From assembly GCF_018350175.1 (NCBI RefSeq), contig NC_058368.1, positions 45,634,001-45,698,000 of the forward strand: a stretch of 64,000 nt of DNA, given 5' to 3'. The notes under the pieces are model-generated. The model did no database searches. It was not told the DNA's origin and saw nothing but the letters and a program-made list of their open reading frames with translations. Made by a program: the position numbers and the translations under genes. Source of the stretch: Felis catus. Lineage: Eukaryota. Shown here piece after piece: positions 26,256 through 38,327 of the stretch (its first letter is position 1; every line of letters starts with the position of its first letter).

Positions 26256-26418
26256 TATTCTGGAAAAAGTTCTGTAGCTACGTTCTCTCATTTTGTAGTC
26301 ACTTAGCTTTAGGTCCCTTGTAAATTATGAAAGCCATTACTTAAGCTTAATCCCACCTGTGGACACATTAACTCAGTTGAGGTGTATAACTAAAGAACCT
26401 AACACTGAATGGTGAAAA

Positions 26419-26459
26419 ATATATATATGTGTGTGTGTGTTTATATATATATATATATA
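26419..26459. repeat. Compound (TA)n(TG)n(TA)n microsatellite
   Basis: Seen directly. Confidence 0.9.
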
Positions 26460-26460
26460 A

Positions 26461-26582
26461 CAGAGCCTGGAGCCTGTTTCCGATTCTGTGTCTCCCTCTC
26501 TCTCTGCCCCTCCCCCGTTCATGCTCTGTCTCTCTCTGTCCCAAAAATAAATAAACGTTGAAAAAAAAAATTAAAAAAAAAA
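26461..26582 (+). mobile_element. 5'-truncated young SINEC_Fc-type SINE
   Basis: Starts abruptly at CAGAGCCTGGAGCCTGTTTCCG; matches the 3' half of the copy at 43115. Confidence 0.95.
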
Positions 26583-26599
26583 TTGGAGTTGTTCCATAT

Positions 26600-26835
26600 A
26601 AATAATACAATAAGCTTTGTTTATCTATACATAAAACCTTGCTAGCGTTTCAATAGGAATTGCTTTAAACCTATTGACCAATACGGGGAAAATGGTCATA
26701 TTTTCCATGGTAGACTTCCAACCCATGAATGCAGCTTTCTCCCTTTATCTAGGTATTAATTTCTATTCCTAAATTTTATAATTTTCAACATATATATATT
26801 TTATTAAACATATACTGAAGCATTTACTTTTATAA
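26600..26835 (-). mobile_element. Old L1 ORF2 fragment
   Basis: AATAGGAATTGCTTTAAACCTAT...GACTTCCAACCCATGAA antisense L1 motif. Confidence 0.6.
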
Positions 26836-27268
26836 CCAGTTGCCAGGTACTGCAATATGGTATGAGAATAGAGATAGTTCATCTCAATACACATGTAAGT
26901 AGCTAAATTGCAAAACACATATCAATTTATAAAACCAATTTCAACTAACAAAGGGCCTCAATCTAAACACTGTCACTTTTCTGGAAAAAGTCAAACATAA
27001 TTCCAATTTTTCCATGAGAGCACTAGAGAGCAAGAGAATACTTAACTATTCTTAGACACACCTCTCAGATCAGGTGCTCAACAATGACTAATTCTGGAGG
27101 AAAACACTGAACCAATTTTCCCTGGAAAAGAGGAATTAGCTTACTACTCATTTATGAGCTCTGTCTAAAAGACATAGCTCTTTCCTTACCTCAATCAACA
27201 GGTAGTTTACTTAAGTTTGACTTGATTCTCATGTTATAATCCATATTGCTATAAAAATCTGTAGTCTG

Positions 27269-27419
27269 GGGGTGCCTGGGTGGCTCAATTTAGTGTCCAA
27301 CTCAATTTCAGCTCAGGTCATGATCTCATGGTTTCCCAGATCAAGCCCCATGTGGGGCTCCATGCTGACAGCGTGGAGCCTGCTTGGGATATTCTCTCTC
27401 CCTCCCTCCCTCCCTCCCT

Positions 27420-27456
<37 letters not shown>

Positions 27457-27509
27457 GCTCAATCACACTCTCTTGCTCTCTCTCAAAATAAATAAAAATT
27501 AAAAAAAAA
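27269..27509 (+). mobile_element. Can-SINE with (CCCT)n/(CT)n linker
   Basis: Typical head; TSD atctgtagtctg on both sides. Confidence 0.96.
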
Positions 27510-28990
27510 TATCTGTAGTCTGATAAGGGATTATGTGAACAAATCACAGGGAATCTAGAATTTATTTAACAACAACCTCCAGTTATAATACCAATCATTG
27601 TGAATGTAAAGTATATGGAAATATTTTCTATTGGGAAGATATGAAAAATAAAATAGTTATTTTAACTGATATGTACTTTATCTTCCATAGGTATACAACA
27701 AAACAAAGGGCTTAAACGTGCACTGGTAGTATTAAATAAAAATCAGATTTATGTAGACAATACTACTTCAAAAAGACAAAACATTTGGAGACACCAATTT
27801 GAAACAACCTATTGATGGAAACAGACTAGGAAGGAAGGGAACAAGGGTGGGAGGGCAGGAGGAAAAAGGAAGAACAAAAATGAGCTTTAGGAAAATGTCA
27901 TACATGCAATTACATGCCTTTGCCAATATATTTAACATGTTTCAAATAACTGAGAATGATGAATGGAAATGAATAATTTATATGGCAAAAAAAAATGTCA
28001 AAAGTTCTTTGCATGGGTCACATTGAACAATCTATAGGCAACATTCCTACTTCCCGATGGGTGGTTCAAATTCTTAGAGTCCTTGAGATATTACTAATTT
28101 TACACTTTTAAGTGAAATAGGAAAGAGAATTTAAAACATGAAATGTAAGACATGTAACATATAAAACATTTGATCTGACAATCATTCCTAGATACACAAT
28201 AAAAATGGCAACTAAACACTGTTAAGACAATTAGGTTTGATTTGCATTTACCTAAGATGTATGATGCAGAATTTATAAGCAAAACAAGATATGGAACTAG
28301 GCAGTAAATTTTAGTTTTTGACATAAATTAAAATTGAGTCTGCATTATCTATAGGTATATTGTTTTAAACAGTTGTTTGCTATTAATATTGTGATAAAAG
28401 TTTACAAACACCTAACATATCTATCTGCTCTTTCACTTTTGAAAGAATAACATTGTTGTTTTTTTTTTTAGAGCATTGGGTTTTTTTTTAATCAAAAAAG
28501 AAAGTTTGTGAAATACATAACCAAAAAATCATTCCAATAAAAAATATGGAAACAAGAACAGAGAAGCATAAATATCTGTGTAACTAAAATGAGACATGTG
28601 CTAACATTCCTCAATGTAATTTCTGCAGATTCTAGCATTAGCCATTGTCAATCAAGTTATTCTCTCCACTGGCAAGATATATGAACAAATTAAGAAATGT
28701 ATTATTTTCAGTGTTGTTTATAATTTTATAATGTAAAATAAGTACACATTTAATATTGTCTTTCTGGATCTATATATTGTTTTAACAGAGGGTTAAAGAC
28801 ATGATAAAAGATCTAGTAGTACAATCTTAAAACATTTTGTAACTTTGAGTCAGTCATAATTAATCTTCAACTATCTAATTACAATGGTTGAACATAATAT
28901 GTAAAACTCATGTTTATCAATGTAAATATTGCTTCAGAGATGTTATTGATATATAGAATGTTCTTGAGCTATAGTTTTCAAATCCTCCAA

Positions 28991-29209
28991 TTATTTTTTT
29001 TAATATTTATTTGAGAGAGAGTGCACACATGCACGTGTGCAGGATCAAGACAGGGAGGGGCAGAAAGAGAGGAAGAGAGAGAATCCCAAGCAGGCACTGT
29101 GCTGTCAGTGCAGATCCTGCCTTGGGGCTTAATCCCAGGACCCTAGGATCATGACCTGAACCGAAATCAAGAGTTGGACGCTCAACCAACTGAGCCATGC
29201 AGGCGTCCC
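28991..29209 (-). mobile_element. Can-SINE
   Basis: GATCATGACCTGAACCGAAATCAAGAGTTGGACGCTCAACC; TSD aaatcc(t/c)ccaa. Confidence 0.95.
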
Positions 29210-29319
29210 AAATCCCCCAAATTTCTATCATTCCCATATTCCTATTTAAACATAAAAAAGATATCTAAACATGCATTTCTAATTTAAGACTGTCCTCTCA
29301 CTATACTCTGAATGATATG

Positions 29320-30295
29320 CACCCTTTAAATGTAACCAGATTTGTTTTATATCTCAGCATATGGTCAATCATGTTCATTTAAAAATCAGGATTATTCTGA
29401 AATGGTTGATTGTACTGTAGATCAATGTAGTTGACAGTGTTTTTCAATCATTTACGGTTTGTGGCTTTTTCGATTTGTTCTAATAATTTACTGACAGATG
29501 GGCTTATAATCTCTAACAATGATTACGGTATTGTAATGTTTTTCCTTTTTATTTTTGCAAGTGCAGTAAAGTTATGTGATTAGTCACATGTACATATACA
29601 ATTGCTGTGTTTTCCTGATGAATGGATTTATTGCCACAAATATCCCTTATTCTCTTATTAATCTTCTTCGTGAACATATGTCACTACCATTAACATAGCA
29701 ATTTTAGGCTTCTTATGCATAAACATGGTATATCTTTTTACATCAATTTATTTTCAAAATGTTTGTAATTTTTTATTTAACATGTTTCTTATAGAAAGCA
29801 TAGTTAGGTATTGATTTTCTTTAAATTCATTCTGTTAGTCTCTGCCTTTTAATTGGATTGTTTTGTCCGTATCATTTAATATAATGGTAAAATATAGATT
29901 CATGATTATAATATTTCCTTTTTGTGTGTGTCTCCAATTTTTCTTTATTTTTTCCTAACATATTTTAGATTATATATTTTTCTTTATTTATTTTTTTTAA
30001 TTTTTTTTAACGTTTATTTATTTTTGAGACAGAGAGAGACAGAGCATGAACAGGGGAGGGGCAGAGAGAGAGGGAGACACAGAATCAGAAGCAGGCTCCA
30101 GGCTCTGAGCCATCAGCCCAGAGCCCGACGTGGGGCTCGAACTCACAGACCGTGAGATCGTGACCTGAGCTGAAGTCGGAGGCTTAACCGACTGAGCCAC
30201 CCAGGCGCCCCAGATTATATATTTTTCAATACCTTACCTTTATATTGTTTTAATTAACAATTTATATTATTTTGGTTTAGTGTTTGTTCTAGGTT
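29320..30295 (-). mobile_element. Ancient L1M fragment
   Basis: T-rich; CATTCTGTTAGTCTCTGCCTTTTAATTGGATTGTTT corresponds to the antisense ORF2 start region. Confidence 0.6.
29983..30211 (-). mobile_element. Can-SINE, fairly young felid type
   Basis: Complete element with perfect 16-bp TSD agattatatatttttc (29967-29982 / 30212-30227). Confidence 0.98.
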
Positions 30296-30447
30296 AAAGT
30301 TAAGATCAGTCAAGGTCTATGATAATTCAAACATTGAAGGAAAGAGCTACACAGTAGTTGGGAGTATTGTTATAACCAATGGCAAAAAAATCAATTAAAA
30401 TTAGTGTAAAAGAGAGGTAGCTTAATAATTCATTTTTAAAAATTACA

Positions 30448-30567
30448 GGGGTGCCTGGGTGGTTCAGTTGGTTAAGCATCCGACTCTTGGTTTCAGCTCA
30501 GGTCATGATCTCATGGTTTCATGGGTTCAGGCCTCTCATTGGGCTCTGTGCTGACAGAGATTTTTGG

Positions 30568-30614
<47 letters not shown>

Positions 30615-30673
30615 GCCTTTCCCCCACTCACTCTGTCTCTCTGCCTCTCAAAATAAGTAAACTTTTTTAAAAA
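30448..30673 (+). mobile_element. Can-SINE with (CT)n expansion
   Basis: GGGGTGCCTGGGTGGTTCAG head; TSD-like aaaaat(t/g)aca. Confidence 0.95.
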
Positions 30674-32014
30674 ATGACAAATTTTCTTTAAAATGAAAAA
30701 AATATATAACAGGTAAATTGAAGGAAAGTTTATTTCAAAATATACCATCATATTTGACAAGTGAGAAAGGCTAATTTTGGTCTACCACAGAGTATTAGAT
30801 TCATCAAGTTAGGACCCTAACATATCTCTATCTCTAACAATGATTTTGATTATTAATAGAATAATATCTGAGTTATTGTGAAAGAGAGGTACCAAGAGTC
30901 AACTATTTTCTGTAACAGTAAAAAAAAGCAAAAAAAAAAAAAAAAAAAAAAAAGATCGAATTGGCCCTTAGCCTTGGTATTTGGAAATTATCCACATGAC
31001 CTAGTTGGGTCTTACTGTGGAAGGTTATTACCTATACTGTGTTCTACAGTTAAGTGTTGCCATTGTGTGAAACTATAATAGTCTATACCAACAAAGACCT
31101 CAATTATGGTATCTAATTGCTTTTTACTGTTTTCCTATCCTTTCTTATTTAGTAACAAGTATATAAATTAATTATTAATTATTAAAATAGTATAAGAATA
31201 TTTAGTTTCTCCTACGTACAAGTACAAAATATTGTGTGTGTGTGCATATGTATAAAATCCAGACACATTAAAATTTTATTTCCTCATTTCATATTCATTA
31301 AATGTCTCTCCTCTTTCATACTTCCATCTTCCAGTTTCATGAATTTCATTCATTTGCATAACATATTTTTATTTTCTAGCTAAATATTTAGAACTGTAAG
31401 CATGCCAACAAGAAGGAATAAACCAAAATAATATTTATTTCTATTTCTATTTTTTGTTGTTTTTAATTGCTTTTCTGGATTTGTGATGTTAACAGTTTAT
31501 TCAGTTATTCTCTCACTGCCTCTTCCTGGCCATATCTCTACTGAATTACCTAAAATTTGTCTTATAAATGCAGTTACTTTTATTTTACTAAGAATTTACT
31601 CATTTAATTATTCAAAAGATTCATTACAGAGATGTTTGAAATCAACTGTGACAGAAAGGTTGTCAATTAGTTTCACTGGTTACTCTACATGAATAGTTGA
31701 GTTTATTTTACTAACAACTATTAAAATAACTTCTCCAATTAGGAAAGGTTATCGGAGAGTAACTTAAAACAAACATAAACAAAGGAGAAACTGTTTACTG
31801 CCCAAGTGAATCAGAGACAGAGCAGAACTGCAGACTGTAGATTATGGCAAAATGTTTTAATGTAGTATATGAATTCAAAACACTTAAAGAAATAGCTTGT
31901 ACTATTTAAAAATAGTGATCCTATTTTGTCAAAATTGCTGTCAATAACTCCCTTTCCTTAGAGTGCTTCTGTGCATCTATTTTGTTCTTCTCTTTCCAAA
32001 TTATCCTAGGTCTT

Positions 32015-32177
32015 GGGGCACCTGAGTGGCTTAGCCGTGGGTTCGAGTTCTGCCTCCGGCTCTGCGCTGGCCGCTCGGGGCCTGCTTGGGATTCTCTCCC
32101 TCTTGTCTCTCTCTGCCCCTCTCCCACTCATGCTTTCACTCTTTCTGGAAAAAAAATGAATAAACTTAAAAAAAAAA
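32015..32177 (+). mobile_element. Can-SINE with internal deletion
   Basis: GGGGCACCTGAGTGGCTTAG joined directly to CCGTGGGTTCGAG; TSD-like atcct..gtctt. Confidence 0.9.
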
Positions 32178-32492
32178 TCCTGTGTCTTCATTTCTTAACC
32201 AGTTTTTTAAATAGTAAAGTTTGTGACTATTTCTAGCAATGTTCCTTGAAACAAGAAATATATTCTTGTTTCTGATATGATCTCTCTGTACAGAGATAAA
32301 AGATTCACAGAGAAGGATAAAAAGTTTTAAGGTGCTGCCACACTTTTTGCTTTTTTGTTTCCTTCTGGGGCACCTCTATTCTCTCTCAGCAAGAACAACT
32401 TCACATAATCGTTACTATGTCACACTCTGCTCAAAACTGCCACGTTTATAAATGACCAGTAACTCATCATTTGCTTCTCCAAAGCCTTATAC

Positions 32493-32720
32493 CTGATGTT
32501 TAAGAGCAAAAGCTCAGGAGCCAGGTGGCCTGGGTTTAAATCCTGCCTTTGTCACTTACTAGCTGGGACACTTCAACCAGATTTTCAGCTCTTTTGCCTT
32601 ACTTTCCTCCTCTGACAGGTAATAGTTGATACGGATTGTTACTAAAATTAAATGAGTTTAAACCTTTTTTACAGTGGTTTAAGAGACCTGGCACATAGCA
32701 AACATCACACAGTTTATTCA
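32493..32720 (+). mobile_element. MIR
   Basis: GTTTAAGAGCAAAAGCTCAGGAGCCAG...CCTGGGTTTAAATCCTG...CACTTACTAGCTG...CCTGGCACATAGCAAAC. Confidence 0.85.
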
Positions 32721-34130
32721 AGAGTTTCATGTGTTCCATTTGGAGGGTAGTGTTTTTTGGTCTTTCGGGACTTTTCCCATCCTTTCTGAAATGATGTCTG
32801 ACCACACAGTTACTTGCCTATTCTGTGTAAACAAAGACAGTTTACTTTTCTTTGTGTAGCGGGATGTGTGCATGTATCTATTATCAACATTGAAGGATCT
32901 ATTCTAAGATATATATACCAAATTATTTACAAATCACTGAAAACAGTACATCATATATTTTTTCAGAGGTAGGGTGACCCTTTCTAAACATATCTGATAT
33001 CTATAAGTGAGCTATCCCCCTACATGTAATTCAGAGTTAGCTGGGGCTCCCTGGCCACACGGAGATTGTGAAAAATGACTCAGTTACCAAATTCACAACT
33101 TGTGAGGGTCCAGATACTGTGACTTTATGACAGCTCTTTCCTCATGACTGGCTAGTTTCTTGTTCTGAATTCTCATTTCCTGGATCAGTTCTTTTCCACA
33201 TTAACCTGGATTTGCAGATATCCCCTTCAGTGGTTTTGAGAAAAATATCTATTCACATGAAATATCTAATGAGTTTTGGAATTTATTGAAGATTAGGATG
33301 TTATGAGGAAGGAGTTTAGGTCATTTGCGGCATTCATTGCACTATCTTGTAGCTCCAAGTCCTATTTTTCCATCTCTCTCCCTTTTCTGTGATGCAGAAT
33401 AAATCTACCCTTGAATTCATGCACGACAGTACCAGGCCCCCTTGAGATCTGGCTTTCTATCCCAGTTACTCTTCACAAAGGTTTTTTGTTTTTTGTTTTT
33501 TGTTTTTTAACGAAGACAGGCCTTTCCTTCTTTAAAAAAAAGTCTCATAATCAGTCTAATAGGAACAAAAAATTTTTTTGTGACCTGCTCCATAAATGAG
33601 CACTATTTTGGATTTCAGAAACAGTGATATGCCTTTCCACAGGTATGCCATATATTTCCAAATGACCAGACTTGCAATACACTGGATGATTTTGTACCTT
33701 TGCTAAGAAAGTATACGGATTGGAACGTTTGTCAACAAGAAAGCCCATTTCTAGGACAGAAAATTTCATCTAGATAGCAAGAAGGTAAGTAGCATCTACC
33801 AAGAGCCAGGAGATCGATTACGAGGCAGTATGTTATCTTAACAAGTAGATGACACAAGATATGAAAAATGATTTGCACTTTCTGTCAGGAAATACTTTGA
33901 ATTTCAGAGTCAGCACATGGGCATCCTGGTCCATCCTAGTCCAGGATGACAGTGACTGTAGGAAGGAGGATGCGTCCCAAGCTGGACAGAAACCAGGCCT
34001 AAAGGAACCCTGGTATTGATCAGGGTTACAGCTCCAGGAAAAGGAGCAGGAATTCAATCAACCAAGGAAGTCTTAGAACTGTGCACTAGAAGAGGCAAAC
34101 AAAATGCATTAACCATTCTCAGATGGTCTC

Positions 34131-34355
34131 TTTTTTTTTTTAATTTTTTTTTCAACGTTTATTTATTTTTGGGACAGAGAGAGACAAAGCATGAACGGGG
34201 GAGGGGCAGAGAGAGAGGGAGACACAGAATTGGAAACAGGCTCCAGGCTCTGAGGCATCAGCCCAGAGCCCGACGCGGGGCTCGAACTCACGGACCGCGA
34301 GATCGTGACCTGGCTGAAGTCGGACGCTTAACCGACTGCGCCACCCAGGCGCCCC
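34131..34355 (-). mobile_element. Young SINEC_Fc-type SINE
   Basis: CpG-rich, diagnostic CGACTGCGCCACCCAGGCGCCCC; TSD agatggtctct. Confidence 0.98.
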
Positions 34356-34479
34356 TAGATGGTCTCTGTCTTTAAGAGTCGAGCAGAGTGCTGTGCACCA
34401 GTTAACAATCCCAAGGGAGGAATCTAGCCCCTGTGGCGACTGCATCTTGGTATCAAAGTCATCAAGGAAAATAACACAG

Positions 34480-34995
34480 TCAAGCACTGGATAGAAAAAC
34501 ACTACTGAGAAGACAGAGCAAAATCAGCTCCAATGGCAGGTGATCACCCCAGAAGGATGGCCAGAAGGTCTCTCTCTGTGGTCAACATGGGGCAATTGGT
34601 CTATGTGCAGAAGCCACATATTGCACTGGTGTTAACCAGGTGCCACACGATACACATGGGTTCAGCAAAGACCAAAGACGACTCATTGAGCCTGAGACCA
34701 GGAAAGAGTTTTCCACACAAGGTGATACGCTCTGTGGGCTCTTTATCTCTTGACCTGGGAATGCTCCAGGTCCAAGGCCCACTTTTTTTCTTTCTTGTGG
34801 CTGAGCAGTGGATGAAAGACTGTATGTAAGAGAATGCCCCCCAGCACCGCAAAAATAGTGCTCATCTAGTATTTGCCACTTATCGGTAATGACATTTTTG
34901 TGAACTTGCCAGTTATTTGACAATAACAATTCCTTCTTCAACTTAAGCAAGACTGAGTTAGATCTCTATTATTTACAACTGAAAGATTCTGGATT
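34480..34995 (+). mobile_element. Probable ancient ERVL/MaLR LTR remnant
   Basis: 3' end TTCCTTCTTCAACTTAAGCAAGACTGAGTTAGATCTCTATTATTTACAACTGAAAGATTCT resembles old MLT1/LTR16 ends; 5' limit unclear (may extend to ~33870). Confidence 0.45.
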
Positions 34996-36684
34996 AATTC
35001 ATCCCTCAATTAAAGCTAATAAAAGCCTATGCTTAAGGCATAATAAAATTACAGACTATATTAGTGTTCATCCATCTTTTTAGTTTCAGTTTTCATCATA
35101 AGTAAGTATTATCATGGTATGTAGTGTAGCTCAATGTCTTTTAAAAGTATAAGATTTGCTTTCATTACTATGAAAAGATTCAACTACTGAATGTTATGCT
35201 TTGTCTCTTAATTAAATGACAGGGCAAAGTTTCCATCGTAAGACCTAATGACAAATGAAGTTAAGTAAATGTTTCTTTGAGGGATAAAGGATAAAAATGA
35301 ATCTGAAGAGAGCTAACCATTTTATATACATATTCATTTACAAATAGCTGAAGGGCATTTAAAGCACAGAACACACAAGTTAACATAGCACTGAAAAACA
35401 CATCATGATAAACGCTGAGAAGTATCAGGAGTAGCAAGACAAGAGCTCTACTCTAAAGATTAAGTGGGCATTCTGGAAATACAGGTCAGTGCTCATTCAA
35501 CAGATTCAGATTCAGTTAGTATTTATCGAGGGTTGGTTATAATGATAAATCGGTCTCGGTAACAAAAATGTGTGGTCCTGGTTATCAATCCAATTTTACA
35601 AATGAGAAATTGAAAATTATCGAGATTTTTAAAACTCAACCAATGTTATGTAGCTGGTAGTGGAAGGTCCTAGAATATAAACCTTTACCCCAAGTTTGTA
35701 TTAATTTCACTACAACATGTAATCTATATAGTAGTAGCTGTTCACCTGACCGGCGTAGGCTGAAGAAAGTTTCAAATCTGAGTAATATGAATATAGACTC
35801 TTCCAATGTAACTAAATAAAAACCATAATTATTGTGTGTATCAACTCCTAAGATATTTTGATTTACTATTAGTTTCAGAAATTCAGATATATTCTTGTAC
35901 TTCCTAGCTTAAGTCCAAATGTTTTATATCCAAATGTTTTGCATCCAAATATTTTGCTTATGTTATGTACATGTACATAAATACATGTTTATTATAGACC
36001 TATGTATAATTTTATTAAGATTTCTGTTATTCTTTGTTTTTCACTAAAAATACTTTTTGTTTCTTTAAATCACTGAAATAATGGGAAAGAATTGTAAGCT
36101 CAAGATAGTTTTCAAATATGTTAGGTAAATTGACATAATAAAGCTAAGAGATTACTGCCCATCAGGTCAATAATTTGTGAACTAAGAAGGATTAATAGGA
36201 TTTATGACTCTTTTCATCTACATGTAGCACAAGCAATACTAATTATATTTTCATTAACCTTTGAGGCTAGATCATGTTCTAATAACTTAGTCCTATTATG
36301 GACTAATCCACAGTTTTATTGTTAAAGTGTAAACAAAAATAAGGTCAAGGTACATAAATACATATCCAGGAAAAAACAAAACTCTGCTTCCATGATTTAA
36401 AAAACTCATCAAATATATCAAATATGACATGTATTTTGAATTTCTCAAACTCCTGTTGATTCCATAATTAATGCCATTTCTAACTAATGATTCCTTTCTT
36501 TGGAGTAGGCAGGGGTTAAGCATCCCAAACCCAAGTGAGTTAACACTTTGCTGCAAAACACTTATACTTGAAATCCGTATTGTTTTGATTACCTTTCTCT
36601 AAAGAAAAGCGAGACAAATGCATGAAGAAGCTGTTAAGTAGCTTTCCTCCCCTTCTGTTTTCTCAGCATACACTCCATGCTGCC

Positions 36685-37130
36685 TGTGGCAGAGACTGCT
36701 AGTTTCCCTCCTCTTCTCAAGTAACAACTACAATTAGGTACAGGAACAGTCACAAAGATTACATATTCTAGGCTCTCTTGCAGCTACATGTGCCCATATA
36801 AATACATTCTGTTCAATGGGATACAGACAGAAGTCCTGAGTTCAAATCCTGATTCAAGCCATTAGTTAGAAAGTGGCAGGTGTCCTCTCGTTTTTCTCCT
36901 CTTCCTTCTGGTTAGAAAGTAGGTGCAATGGGAGTAGAACACAGTATGGAAGCCAGTATTGATGTTTGCATAGCAAAGGCCAAGAAAATTTTGGTCCCTA
37001 TCACTACAGAATTCTTGTATCAACTCTGGCTGTTTATGTTAGACTGTTTAATGAAAAAGTATGAAGTCACTGACATTTGTCCATTATTCAGTGCAATAAA
37101 AGTAGCATCCAAATACAGATATTTTAATCA
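36685..37130 (+). mobile_element. Old MaLR LTR (MLT1I/J-like)
   Basis: TGTGGCAGAGACTG start; ACATATTCTAGGCTCTCTTGCAGCTACATGTGCCCAT...TTCTGTTCAATGGGATA..AGAAGT. Confidence 0.7.
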
Positions 37131-37947
37131 TACCTTACATATAGCTTTGAGTCCCTTGATTTCTCTACATATCACACACCTGTCATCTGCCTGTAATAAT
37201 CTAGTCTCAGATTAAGCCAAAGTCTCCTCTCTGCCTGATGAAACAGAAAGCATGAAATTTTAGAATTATTATACATTCATGTTTACCAGCCTCAGATAGG
37301 CATTCAACATACTCCTGAAATGTGATGAAATTCTCTTGTAAGCTTCCTCCCCTACTCACTACACCAAATATTTCATTCTGTTTTCTAATGTCATCTGAAC
37401 CAAGTACACATTGTCTGCCTCCCTCCCCCAAACCTCAGCTATCTTCATAATCTGGTGAGAAAAAAAAAACGCCAACAATAGCTGTAAGATTCAGACTTCC
37501 CATCTTCTCTACACCAAAAACAATCAACACTGGTATCTTTTTTTCCAGAATAATCGTCACTCAAGTTATAGGGAATAAAGAGTCGGCTCTTTTCAACTAT
37601 CAACACCCTCATATATACTGGAACCTCATCCATTCCCAATATCCTTATCTTCATTCTTTATTGGGTTTCAAAAACTGTCTTTCCCTACTGGATAATTTTA
37701 ATATTCAAAACAGCTGTAATCTCCCTCCCTCTGAAAAAGAACAGACCCTTGGCCTCCAATCTCATTTCAGTTGCTTTGTTTTCTCTGTTTTTAGCATTGC
37801 TTCTTGAACAAGCTGTCCCCTTGAATAATCTTCATTACATCTCCCATTACTCAATTCACCTATTGACTCAGTCTCTACTGGTTTTAGCAATTGTTCAGAT
37901 CATGAAAGATTATTTAGTTAAGCTCAAGCAACTTGTTAGGTTTCTTC

Positions 37948-38030
37948 CTTTTTTTATTCATGCGTATTTCTTTATTAATTTTATTATTTTTTTTCAATTT
38001 ACATCCAAGTTAGTTAGCATATAGTGCAAC
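37948..38030 (-). mobile_element. Extremely 5'-truncated felid L1 (3' tip plus tail)
   Basis: AATTTACATCCAAGTTAGTTAGCATATAGTGCAAC is a felid L1 3' terminus; perfect TSD aggtttcttc (37938-37947 / 38031-38040). Confidence 0.85.
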
Positions 38031-38280
38031 AGGTTTCTTCTTAATCTCCTGTAAGCAAGCTTTGTCAACTTTTTTTATTTTTCTCATATGTCTCATAAGG
38101 CTGTTCCTTCCTTGTCTTGTCTGTTTATCACCTTTTAAGTATTAGAATTTCCTCAGAATCAGTGCTAAGTTCTTTTTATTTCCCACTTTCCATGGCCTCA
38201 AGAGAAAATCTTGTCTATCTCCATGGGTGTAAATATCATTTTGTCAGTGGTTCTGAAATTGTAGTGCTAGGTCAGCTCAC

Positions 38281-38327
38281 TATCTATATCTATCTATCTA
38301 TTTACCTATCTATCTATCATCTACCTA
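38281..38327. repeat. Imperfect (TATC)n microsatellite
   Basis: Seen directly. Confidence 0.85.

Noticed and set aside
30920..30953. Long poly(A) as the tail of a processed pseudogene
   Set aside because: No recognisable cDNA body, poly(A) signal or TSD upstream
34533..34950. Overlapping 83-122-aa ORFs
   Set aside because: They lie in a probable old LTR remnant with higher GC; no recognisable protein
35915..35957. Three copies of a 14-bp unit TCCAAATGTTTT..
   Set aside because: Ordinary slippage-type tandem duplication
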